A DNA stretch of 63,333 bases, counting the filler, from Reticulomyxa filosa (taxonomy: Eukaryota; Protista; Foraminifera), in the NCBI GenBank assembly GCA_000512085.1. It is 18 parts of 18 records of this genome, joined end to end, with 100 filler letters (N's around TTAATTAATTAA, not from the genome) between each part and the next. Parts side by side here need not be neighbours in the genome. Positions count along the whole stretch, not along the records: positions 51,408 to 55,715 come from ASPP01036153.1; positions 55,816 to 59,225 come from ASPP01038250.1; positions 59,326 to 63,333 come from ASPP01016620.1; 15 more parts are not named here. The stretch is one strand, 5' to 3'. The notes under the pieces were generated by a model. That model saw only the letters and a list, made by a program, of their open reading frames with translations. It had not been told where the DNA came from and made no database searches. Both the position numbers and the translations under genes were made by a program. Of the stretch, positions 52,390 to 63,333 are shown piece after piece (positions within the stretch are counted from its first letter, which is position 1; each line of letters starts with the position of its first letter).

Positions 52390-55300
52390 TCTTTTGATCA
52401 CTTTGTACAATAAATGTAATAGAATGTGATAAAGGCTTGCTTTGTTGTACAAATTTAATTATTTATATTTATATTTAATGTTTCATCGTCTCTTTACCAA
52501 ATTGCTATGTAACGTTATTATTTTGTTATATTTTTTTTTACATATTTACTAAATAATTAATAAATCAGCGACAGTATCAATATGAAGTTATTGTTGTGGG
52601 GACCAGGATGCACAATGCATTCATAGCGATGAATTGTTAGAAGTGAACGACTTGTTTAGATCATTGATTCCACCACCAATCGATCCAGGCCCATTGATAT
52701 TGAAAGTTCTTATTTGAAATTAATTGATTGTTCAAACTTTCTTTTTTTAAGTACTAAAAAAAAGGGTTATAAATATAAAATACATATGAAAGATGATGAG
52801 TTCACTGGCACAATGTTGTTGGGCATACGTTGTGGAGCGGAGGCATAGAATGTTTGCACGGTCAAACTCAAATCAAGACCTTTCTTAGCCTTGGGTGGGA
52901 GATGTCCATGATCGTACATATGTCCTTTTGTAAAGAGAAAAGTTAAGCCACAAGCCAAGATAGGAGTTGATATCGATAAAAAAACCAATTATTAACAAGT
53001 TTTTTTTCTCTTTTATCTTCGTCGTAATGATATATCATATGTTGTATGCCAAGGTTATGCGATATAAAAAAATAAGCGCATAATAAAATATTAAATAATA
53101 AAATTAAAACAGTTATCCCAAAAAGACGACAAAGGCGATCAGGTTAAAGCAAGGAGTCTTCCATATCGCAAAAACTGCTTGATGAACATGTAAGCGTATT
53201 GTGCACGAGACTTGACAGCTGGTTTACCAGACTCATTTTTGGAAGTATCGTATTGCTGTAAAAAAAATGTGACTGCAGTGAAGAAAAAGACATTGAACGC
53301 AGATTTGCCTCAGCCTGCAGAGTACGCACATCAAACGTGTTGTGCAGTTTATGAATGGGATCAACCCTGTAGCATGTGCCACTGTTTTCAATAGATTACG
53401 AACTGTCCCCAATCGATTTGCACGTTTTGGTCATTGATGTACGTGAATTAAAGTCGAAATTATGTTATCCAAACCGAAACTGGTGTCAACAGTACCGATT
53501 GCTGGTGATATGGTGGTAGTTGCAACAGATCCTTCCATAGGCCCAAGCCAAAAATGCCAACTTGTTGGTCATCAAAAAGGTGACTTTGGAATTACCAAAA
53601 AACTTTGAATTAGTACATTTCATTAGTTTGATCACCGAGATAACAAATTTAGTGTTCATTGAAACAAAACTTTACTTAATCATGTAGTATCATATTTACT
53701 TAAAGTGACAGCATTTAGAAAAAAATATTGTTTTACAAAATGATTTCGACTTACCTTTACGCCACATCAGCATTTTTTCAAAAAAACTTCAAAACGCGTT
53801 CACAATTCATTAGCTATAGTCAAATATAATTTGTTAATTTTAATTTTTTTACCTATTTTCATATAAGTCCTTAGTTCTTGTATCGTCACTCATTATATTA
53901 TTATAAAATTGAATACCACCCAAGTCAATTAATATGCTCTTTGTAAATAGAAACAATATACATACCCAAATATATTTGTATTTGTATAATTTTCAATACA
54001 ATTTCATTATAAGTCAAGAAAAAAAGTTAAAAAACAAAAAATTATATTTTTTCTTTTTTCAAATATGTATAAGCATATTTCCAAACAGCCAATCTTAATA
54101 TATTTTGCACAATATAATATATAGTTAATGTTTGTTGAAGATTTGTCTGTTATTGAATTTTTGTATTATTTTGTATTTTTTAAATTTTAGCAAAATTTGT
54201 TTATTTTTAGTTAAAATTTTTTTAAAATTCATTTGTAAATTTTTTTGCATTAAATACTCTTAAATATGAAAAAATAATCATTGTTTATTAAATAATAATT
54301 TTTGATTGCAAATTAAGTCAATATTTTCATTTTTTATTTTAAATTTAATGATTTGACAATCTCGTTTAAAAGTATTTTTGTATAATTTTTTATTTTTCAA
54401 TAATTTATCTTATTATTTTTATCCTTTTTATAAATTTCTTTTTTACTTTTTTTGTTATTTAGATTGTCTTATTTTGTGTATTTTATCGTATAAGCTGTAT
54501 ATTGTTTTTGACATTGTTTTCATATTCAGTCGTCATTTGAGCAATTATTCTCATTAGTTTTTTATGTGATTTATATCTTATTTGTATGCCCTCTTTATGA
54601 AGATAATCATTGCTGTCTTTTCTCTTTACTTGTAGGTTTATCTATTGTTCTTATACTATCTGAAGTTTTTTAAAACCGATGCTAAGTCTGTTTGTATTGT
54701 TTTTACTCTTTTCTTTTTTCCTTATTTATCTTCCTTTTTATTCTTTGACTTCGATTTCTTGCTAATGAATATGAACATCATTTGCTTCATCTGCATTAAT
54801 TTTATATTTGGCTGATTGTGCTAAACAAGCCTTTTCGTCATTATCTTTTGAGTTGATAACCTAATATTAATCAAATAAAATTCATTCTACATTTTGGATT
54901 TTTTCAATACATATTTGATCTTTCTTTCGAACGGTGTTTATAAGAACTTCGTAGCGATCGAGCCGAAATCTGACATTGTAATTTCGCTCCATCCAATGAT
55001 TATTTGTCCCGCTTTGCTTTGATAAACATGACAGACTGTACATAGTTTGAATTCATTTTATATAATAAACCTAAAATAGACACTCACTGAGATACTTTCT
55101 TCGTCACGTATTTTCAATAATTTTAGTTTGTGTCCAATCACCAACTTTACGGATTTTTGCATACGTGTTTTGTTTTCAGTACTTTGTCTGCTACCTGACT
55201 TAGGTCATTCCATACGACAACATTGCCAACAACACTATTATGCCGTTGTGAACGAAAAGAAAAATGTCAGAAAACTGCATTTTAAGTCGACTAACTTTAT

Positions 55301-55829
55301 TATTATCTTTTTTTTTTTTATGAAGAACAAAAAAAACCCCGGCCACTCGTCGTTCAGTTGTGCAATAGCTTGTGTTTAAAGAAAACTAGTTAAAAAAAGT
55401 CAGTTAAACTCACGTGCGTTTAACGAAATTTCACATAAAAAAACACAAAAAGAATAATGAGAACCACAAAAAGTGCTGCGGAGAGGAAATCAGGTGACTT
55501 CTTTCCGTACCGATTGTTTTTTTATATATGATCGACCATAAAAAAAATAAGTGACAAAAAAAAAAAAAGAAATAATAAAATAAAATAAAAAAAATAACAC
55601 AGTGTATAGAGAGAGAAGAATAGTAAAAATGAACAAAAAATAAAAAACACTAACGACCACGAAAATTAAGAAAACAAGGGAAAAAAGAAGAATAAGACTT
55701 GGGAAAAAAAAAAACNNNNNNNNNNNNNNNNNNNNNNNNNNNNNNNNNNNNNNNNNNNNTTAATTAATTAANNNNNNNNNNNNNNNNNNNNNNNNNNNNN
55801 NNNNNNNNNNNNNNNGAAAAAACTTATCA

Positions 55830-55972
55830 TAAAACCAATTTCATATTTAAAAACTACAAGATTAGTATATATTTTTTAAAAAAATTAGGTTTAATATTTA
55901 TTTTTCATGGAGAAAATCGGTTATCTTCATATAGTGCCATTTAGGTATAGCAGTTTTTTTTGCAATCTACTG
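55830..55972 (-). mobile_element. CAGTAG-family element end
   Basis: Ends ...TGCAATCTACTG|TA. The block AATTTCATATTT.AAAACTACAAGATT is shared with ~49990-50020. Confidence 0.65.
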
Positions 55973-57386
55973 TACATTAGAATGTAATATTCATTTATTT
56001 AGTATCGATTTAATGTGTCAAACTTTATTTATATTTTTTGCATTTGCTAGTGAATTTTATAGTGTATAAAAAATATTTACTAGTTGAAAATTTTAGATAT
56101 ATCATAATTCAATATTGCATAAAATAATAAACAATATAGTAAATGAAACTAAAAAAAACAACATTTAAAATATAACTAAACAATAAAGAATTTCGAACAA
56201 AATATTATATAAAATAAAATAAATTTCAATTTAACATTAAAATATTTTCTTTGATAATAATAATTTATTAAATTTTTCTTTTTGTTTGATTTAAGGACTT
56301 ATAATATCATATTTTATGAAACTTCACAATTTGAAAACAATATATATATTATTAAGCTGATCATACGTACAATTATGTACACTGAATATTAAAGTGAAAA
56401 GTACAATTTCTTTCACTACAGTTAATTGATCTCGAATTACAACATTTGTGATTTAATTTATTTTTTTTGACATTTTAATGCTTTTCACTTGTCGTCTAGT
56501 GTGTAATTGTTTCCACAAGTTTTGTCATATTTTCTTTTTGTTTTTTAAAAATATATAAAAAACAAATTCACATCATAAGACCAAACTCAAACGAGTAGTC
56601 GATTGAGATAAGCAATCATTCCACCTAATAATGTCAGTAATCTATGCATGAGATTAAAAATAAAACGTCGAAACACAATCCAGCAAAAATAGACATCAGA
56701 TTAGAAATAAAAAAGAAAAGAAAACATCATAATTATTGTTTATCTTAATATTAAATTATGTTTGCTGTGATAAGTCTATGTGTTTGACAATTTGTTTCGA
56801 TTTTTTTAGCACGCTATGTCCTTTTTGGATAAGGCGGGCAAACTGGTTTCGCAAGTTTAGGCTAATATGCGTATTGCATTCTCAAAAAACAAAAAAATTG
56901 TTTTTTTCAGTAATACATTGCTTTTGGAACGAGGTGCTCTTTTAACTAGGATTAGATCTAATAATATCAAAAGTGCCAAAAAATTACATAAATGAGTATT
57001 TACAAACGTTTACAACATTCATGAAAATGAAATTTAAAAAATATTTTTATTTGATAAATTTTTCGATTCGTCAGTACACGTAGGTATTATTGACTTTTAT
57101 GAAATTACAAAGGTTTTTGGTTTTTTGTGGTCAATTTTACTTTGAAATTTTCTTCACAAAACCAAAATAAAATAAAATAAAATAAAGTTAAACTGCAAGC
57201 ACGGCTAAGGTCAGCCAACAAAGCCCCACACAATAAAATAAGACATTAAAAACTCAGCCACAAATTCTCGAGAGAAAAACAACTGAAAATATTCTATCTT
57301 TGTATGACCACCGCAACAAAAATTGTTAGTTGTCGGTTTTGTGTTTCATTAGTTTTTGAATTGTGTGTTTTTCAATTGCGCAATCA

Positions 57387-59152
57387 TTAGTTTGTATTTG
57401 GTGTATAAGCATATAAGTCATGGTCAATCTGATTGGGAAATGGCTTGATCTCTGTTCCTAAAGCTTTTTCTAAGGCATATAAGTTCATGCGGTCCTAGTG
57501 ATACACAAGTTAAAAAAAAAAAAAGAGCGAATTATGTCAGTGCTTATGTTTTTGCATTTGTATGTTATATATTAACCTCTTCTGTGATGAAATTAATAGC
57601 TAAGGCCAAATGTCCAAATCGTCCAGCACGACCAATACGATGTAAATAAGTTTCGTCAGTTTTGGGAAAGTCAAAGTTGATGACGACATTAACGGATTGA
57701 ATGTCAATACCACGAGTGATCAAATCAGTGCATACTAAAAACCTTGATTTTTTTTCTCGAAAGTCATGAAAGACACGTGAGCGGTCTTGTTGACTCATTT
57801 TCGAATGGGTATAAAAACATGAAAACCCCAACAAATTCAATTTACGGGCCAACAGTTCGACACGATTGACAGATTTACAAAATATGATGCATTGCTCAAT
57901 TTTCAATTTGTTGATGAGTGTATTCAAACAGTGCACTTTTTGCTTTTCTGTAACATACGCGTAGTACTGAGTCACTCCTTTCAATGTCAGTTCATCCATC
58001 AAGTTCAATTTCGTTGCATTATTCGACAGCCATTTCTCGCAAAAATCTTTCACCGAAGAAGGGAAAGTTGCACTGAACAACATCAATTGGCGATTGTCTT
58101 GCGGAGCGTGCTTCAAAATCTTTTCCACCAATTCGACAAAGTCGGGAGACAACAGCTTGTCCGCTTCGTCCAGCACCAACAGTTCACACCGATTCAATGA
58201 ACAAACATTATGTTCAACCAAATCCAACACACGTCCTGGTGTTCCAACGACCAAATGAACAACCCTCTGAAAACTATTTTGTTATCCGATCCAAAAACAA
58301 AACAAAACCAAAAAAATTTGCTTTGTCAGCAAATTTGATGTTTTGCTGCGTTTCTCCCCCCATTGTGTTTTTAAAAAAAAAAAAAAAAACATATTTGTAT
58401 AATTATATGTATCAACCTTAAAATATCATTTTGAAGACTAGTTCCACCAGTAACACAGGCAACAGTCAAATTCAAATAACGACCAATTTCTGTGATCACT
58501 TTGCAAGTTTGCAGTGCCAATTCTCGGGTTGGAACTAAAATCACAGCTTGGGTGTGTTTCTTACTGCTTTCCACTCTTTGCAACACTGGAATTGTATACG
58601 CCCCAGTCTTGCCCGTTCCATTTTTCGCACGTGCCAAAATCGATTGTTTCGACAACACCACGGGGATTGCAGCTTCCTATTTCATTTCAATTTCCGCACC
58701 GGACAAATTGAAACATGCAAATTCTTTTTTTTTTTCTTTTCGAAGAGGGGGGGAGGAAGAGAAAGAGAAGGGGGAAAAAAAAAACACAAACACACACACA
58801 CAAAACAAACCTGAATAGGTGATGGTTTCTCAAAACCTGCTTCTGCAATTCCACGCAACAGCGCTGGCTTCAGTGCAAACTCTTCAAATAAAGAACCTTT
58901 GGTGTTGGTCACGTCATCTGTTTTCTGTCGCTTATCCTTTTCCGGAAGTTTAAGGTTCTCTTTCCAATTCTTCTCATTGAATTCCAATCGTGTTTCTGCC
59001 ATCGTCGGCTGCGTTGTATATCTGGCCTCCCATCCTGGGTTATATTTACCATTCCCTGTCGCGTCTTGATAGCGACGGTTGTCCCCTGTTCCTTGCTGCC
59101 AATTTTGCGAATTGCGAGGCCTCTGTGCATTTCGTTTATCAATTATTTTTTT
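57387..59152 (-). CDS. DDX6: DEAD-box RNA helicase DDX6/Dhh1, at least 4 exons, possibly 5'-partial
   Basis: [74 protein letters not shown] and [14 protein letters not shown]. Confidence 0.97.
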
Positions 59153-59504
59153 CTAAACAAAACAACAGAAAATGTCGATTGAAATTGCAATATCCTTTTT
59201 TTTTTTTTTTTTGTTTGTTTCGTTTNNNNNNNNNNNNNNNNNNNNNNNNNNNNNNNNNNNNNNNNNNNNTTAATTAATTAANNNNNNNNNNNNNNNNNNN
59301 NNNNNNNNNNNNNNNNNNNNNNNNNTAAATTGTTTGCATAGAAGTGTCAGTGGACGAAAGTTCAGCACGCAGATCTCAAAATCCCGGGGGCAGCAGAACC
59401 ACTCCGCAGACGGGAACCGCGTCACCTCGAGGGACGACGGCCGCGGGGTTTGCTCCGCTCGTAGCAGCTGGGGGCCTGGCAGTGAAGGAAAAAGGTCGGT
59501 GCTG

Positions 59505-61531
59505 ATGAACATGGACGTGGCGGAAGTGAAGAACCTGCACGAACGCAGCCAGCGCCAATTGGGCGGGGCCGTCGACGCGGACGCCGCTTCGGCCAACGCA
59601 AACGTACAAAAGACGGGACTGACTTTGAAAGATGCCATTGCCGCCGCTCAAAAGCAAGCCACGACGTTCGTCAATCGTTTGGCGGAGGACGAAAAGCACC
59701 GCGAATCGACCACGCAACAACAGAGCTTCCGTCGTCCCGTTTCCACTCCTGTCGCCGATTACGCCAATCCTTCCGCAAAGGGAGAGGACACCGTCATCAA
59801 CGTCCTGAAAAGCAAAGGCGAAAGGCCCATCGCAAGCAAACCCCTCAAAAGTTTCTTTTTTTGTTTTTCATACAGGCTCTTTTTATGATGTATATATGTA
59901 TTTATACATATATGTTTATGTGATCGAAAGAGCCAATATTGAAAGTCCAATCAAAAAAAAAAAAAAAAAAAGGGTAGGGGGGGGGGGGGAAAAAAATAAA
60001 TACGTATACGTATATGTAATGTACGTGGCGTGTATGTTAATTATATATATGTACGTATGTATGTATTTAAAAAAAAAATACGTATACACGATTTGCAGAG
60101 GATTACCTCCGCCGCCGACGCAAGCCCCACAAGAGTATGTGGATGGATATGACTCGGACGAGAGCATGTATGCGCCGCAATTTGCCAATGGGCTGAACAA
60201 TCGCAGCAATCGCATTTTCTCTCTCGATGACTCCCTCATTCGAGAGAGTCAGCGAGACATGAGCAATGCGTTTGAACAACTGAAGGCAGAACGAGGGCTT
60301 GGCCACTCCAAGCAAAGACTGCACCAGCAAGTCCAAATCGGGTTGCCCGACAAAGAGGGACAACTGACCGAACCTGAATTTTATCAAAAGTATTGGATCG
60401 AAGCAGGCAAGCTTGGAGAAGGGTCTTTTGCACGTGTTCGCAAAATCACTCGAAAACATGACCGAAAGCCATTCGCCCTTAAAGTTATCAAAAAAGCTGG
60501 GAAATCGAAGGAAGATTTGGATGCCTTGCAAAAAGAAATTGAGATATTGCGAAAAGTTTATTATATTTTTTTTTTTTTAATACGTTTCATTTTTTTTTTT
60601 TCCCCTCAAAAAAAAAAATAAAATAAAATTTTGTGCACTCTAGCTGAACCATAAAAATGTCGTGAGACTAACCGATTGGGTCGAAACCAAAAAACGAATT
60701 CATATGGTGGTGGAGTTTTGCAATGGTGGTGATGTGTTTGAACGTATACTGAAGAAAAAAACATTTAGTGAATGGGAAGCCAGTCACGTGGTTCAACAAG
60801 TAGCCGAAGGGTTGGATCATATTCATTCCAAAGGAATTGTGCACAGGGACTTGAAACCAGACAATCTAATGTATTTAGATAGCTCTCCCGATGCAGAAAT
60901 AAAGATTATTGACTTTGGACTGGCCGGTGATTGCTCCAAATCGCCATTAAAAACACCCTGTGGAACTGCCCATTATGTCGCTCCCGAGGTGTTGTCCCAA
61001 ATACCGTATGATACACAAGCTGATATGTGGTCATTGGGGGTCATCATTTACATGCTTTTATGTGGGTTCCCCCCATTTTTTGATGCCACAGGAAATCAAA
61101 AGAGATTGTATCAACTGATTAAATCTGGAAAATTCCGGTTTCCTAGCCCTTATTGGGATTATATCTCTGAACAAGCAAAGGATGTGATCAAAGGATTACT
61201 CACCAAAGACCCCAAACAACGAATGACAGCAGCGGAAGTATTAGCCCATCCTTGGATTGCAGTTCAGTGCATTTTACTATACACACATACATTTTTTACC
61301 AAAGCGAAAAATTGTTCGACATTTTGTTTGATGAAACGAATACGATTCGTTTACTTGTAGGGCAAAGCTGTGAAGAAAGAAATGAGCGATTTGTATATGG
61401 AACAAATGAAGTTCTTCCAGTCTTCAAAACACTTTACCAACATCAAAATTGGCCAAGAAGAACCCCAAGAGACAGAACAAAAACCTGTCAAAATTTTTGC
61501 CAAACAGCAATATGCGTTTGACTATGAATAG
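59505..61531 (+). CDS. CaMK-family Ser/Thr kinase with long N-terminal extension, 4 exons
   Basis: LGEGSFARV, FALKVI, HRDLKPDN, IDFGLA, PCGTAHYVAPE and DMWSLGV. Last exon 61361-61531. Confidence 0.95.
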
Positions 61532-61840
61532 TGCCAACTATGCTCACGTATTTAACTACATGCAAATACGAGAAAAGTGAGATCATTGTTTTTTGGGTTG
61601 AGTTGGTTATTTGTTTGTGTAATAAATAGTTCGTTTGTCTGTTTTTTTGTTTTTTATTATTATTTTTTTTGGTACGTCAGAGCACTTGCTTCGTATGCGG
61701 ACAAATAATTTGCAATTTTCACGCAACTTTTTTTTTACTTTAAAAAAAAAATTGATTTTGGATGAAATATATTGTAACGAGTCAATCCCGAAAACGAAAG
61801 TACTTTATCTTTATCAATTTTGCCACAAAAAAAGAAAAAA

Positions 61841-63250
61841 CTAATAAGCACCAACTTGAAAAAAATCAAGTGTAATGTCCAATCTTCGAAATACTTTATG
61901 CTTAAGTAATCGTTGTAGATAGTTTTGCAGTAAAATTCTTCTCTTTTCTATAAATTCCTCGCTGAAATGATCTGTGAACAGCTTCCAATGTTTCGGTGGT
62001 AAGGTCGGGATCCACTCCAACACCTAAAAGTTCACACACGCACACATTCTCAAGCTTTTAAATGAAGAGGCCTCGTTTTTTTTTTTTTTTTGCAAAAAAA
62101 AAAAAACGTACAGTGGGATTTGATTGTTCAACCACTTGGCATAATTCATCGTGAAAATTGGCTAAATCGTGATACCTTTTCAAGACTGACAATATCATAC
62201 ACAACCTACATCTTTCATTGAAAGGGTCATTGTCTCACCTCTCTCTCTAAACAAAAGCAAGGCAAGACAACACACACCGACGACTACTAACCAACCCATT
62301 CTGAAAATGATTTTCGATTATTGCAATTAACTAAGTGGATATGGTAAATGGTATGTCGGTTTCGAAGAATTTGCGCAAGTGGAATGGATACATCTGTAAT
62401 TTCATCAGTCTAAATTTCACACATTACACCTCTGGTATGCATCAAACATGCACTTTTCTTGAGAGATAAGAAGACAAAACAAAACAAAAAAAAACTTCAT
62501 CAATATCTTCCATAGGAACACGGGTGTACATTGCTGAAATGGCTTCCAAGTCCATAATCAGCAATGTATCGTCCTCCGTATTGCCATTTGTGTCTGTATT
62601 CGTGTTGTTATCAGTATCGTCAAGTTTGCCATTTGTGCCTTTGGTCGAGTGTTGGTGTGACTTTGTTGTTGTCTTCTTGCCATCGTTGTTGCCACTGTCT
62701 TTTTCTTCCTCATCGCCTTTCTTTGTGGATGGTCCATTTGCACGTGGAGAGTTGTCTACGTGTGAATCCTGATTGGGGTCCACGTTCCCATCTTCGCCCA
62801 AACCGTCATCCTCGGTATCTAATTGCAGCCAAGCAACTTCGATTTGCAATGAGACAAAAGAAAGAGAAAAGGGGGAAGGTGGGGGGGGGGGGGGGTGGGG
62901 GGAGGGTAAAAAAAAAAAAAAGAAAAGCACCTGGTGTTAAAAATTTAATAAACATTTCAGAGCATCGTAGATGTCGATTGTGCAAAAGTCTAACCAAATA
63001 ATTTTCCAACAAAACACGCCGATTTTCAACAAAATTTTCTATCCATATTTCAAAATATTAATATCCATGTTTTTATTTGCAATTTCGTTTTTTTTTTTTT
63101 TTTACCTTACAAAATCAATGTCCTTCTCCAAAGTAAACACAGCAGAAAAATTTTTGAGTAAAAAAAAAAAACACGTACCGTCCAAATGGTCTGTCAGGAA
63201 TTTAATTTGTTTTTCCGGGAATGGTGGCAGTGTGATTGCAACACCTTTAC
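61841..63250 (-). CDS. Tandem PX-PX domain protein, 5'-partial, multi-exon
   Basis: PX1: LPPFPGKQIK...FVENRRVLLENYL. PX2: EWVVLKRYHDLANFHDEL...LPPKHWK...FIEKRRILLQNYL. Confidence 0.88.
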
Positions 63251-63333
63251 AATCGCAACGTATATGTTTACATGTTTGCTCTTATTTATTTCTCTCTCTC
63301 ACTCTTTCAAAAAAAAAAAAAGGGGGGGAGGAC

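Noticed and set aside
52560-53640. Rab-GDI or FAD-oxidoreductase pseudogene (YEVIVVGT)
   Set aside because: Only one short motif. Too degraded to assign.
1661-59325. Regularly recurring TTAATTAATTAA between N-runs, and gene neighbourhoods across them
   Set aside because: Artificial spacers. Adjacency across them carries no biological meaning.

Overview
The window is not one locus. It is 18 short contigs joined by 17 artificial 100-nt spacers (N44-TTAATTAATTAA-N44). The DNA is AT-rich and eukaryotic, with short GT-AG introns full of homopolymer runs. The expanded WD40, TPR, Kelch and NACHT families, many pseudogenes and Asn/Gln-rich proteins resemble the foraminiferan Reticulomyxa filosa (inference). 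Conventional spliced genes: DH-PH-FYVE RhoGEF, dynamin 5' end, HMG-CoA lyase, SAM protein, bacterial-type alpha/beta hydrolase, proteasome beta-2, ATP-grasp ligase, DDX6/Dhh1, CaMK-like kinase and a PX-PX protein. Several Tc1/mariner-type MITEs are also present. The standout is a ~7.5-kb, apparently intronless minus-strand gene (~12814-20360). The ORF track splits it into pieces, but it reconstructs to a ~2,500-aa protein with a full SecA-type ATPase motor, a Gly-rich hydrophobic hairpin and a duplicated ~295-aa helical domain. Every break in its frame is in the -1 direction and can be repaired by adding one base to a run. This could be recoding, deletion-biased decay or homopolymer under-calling.
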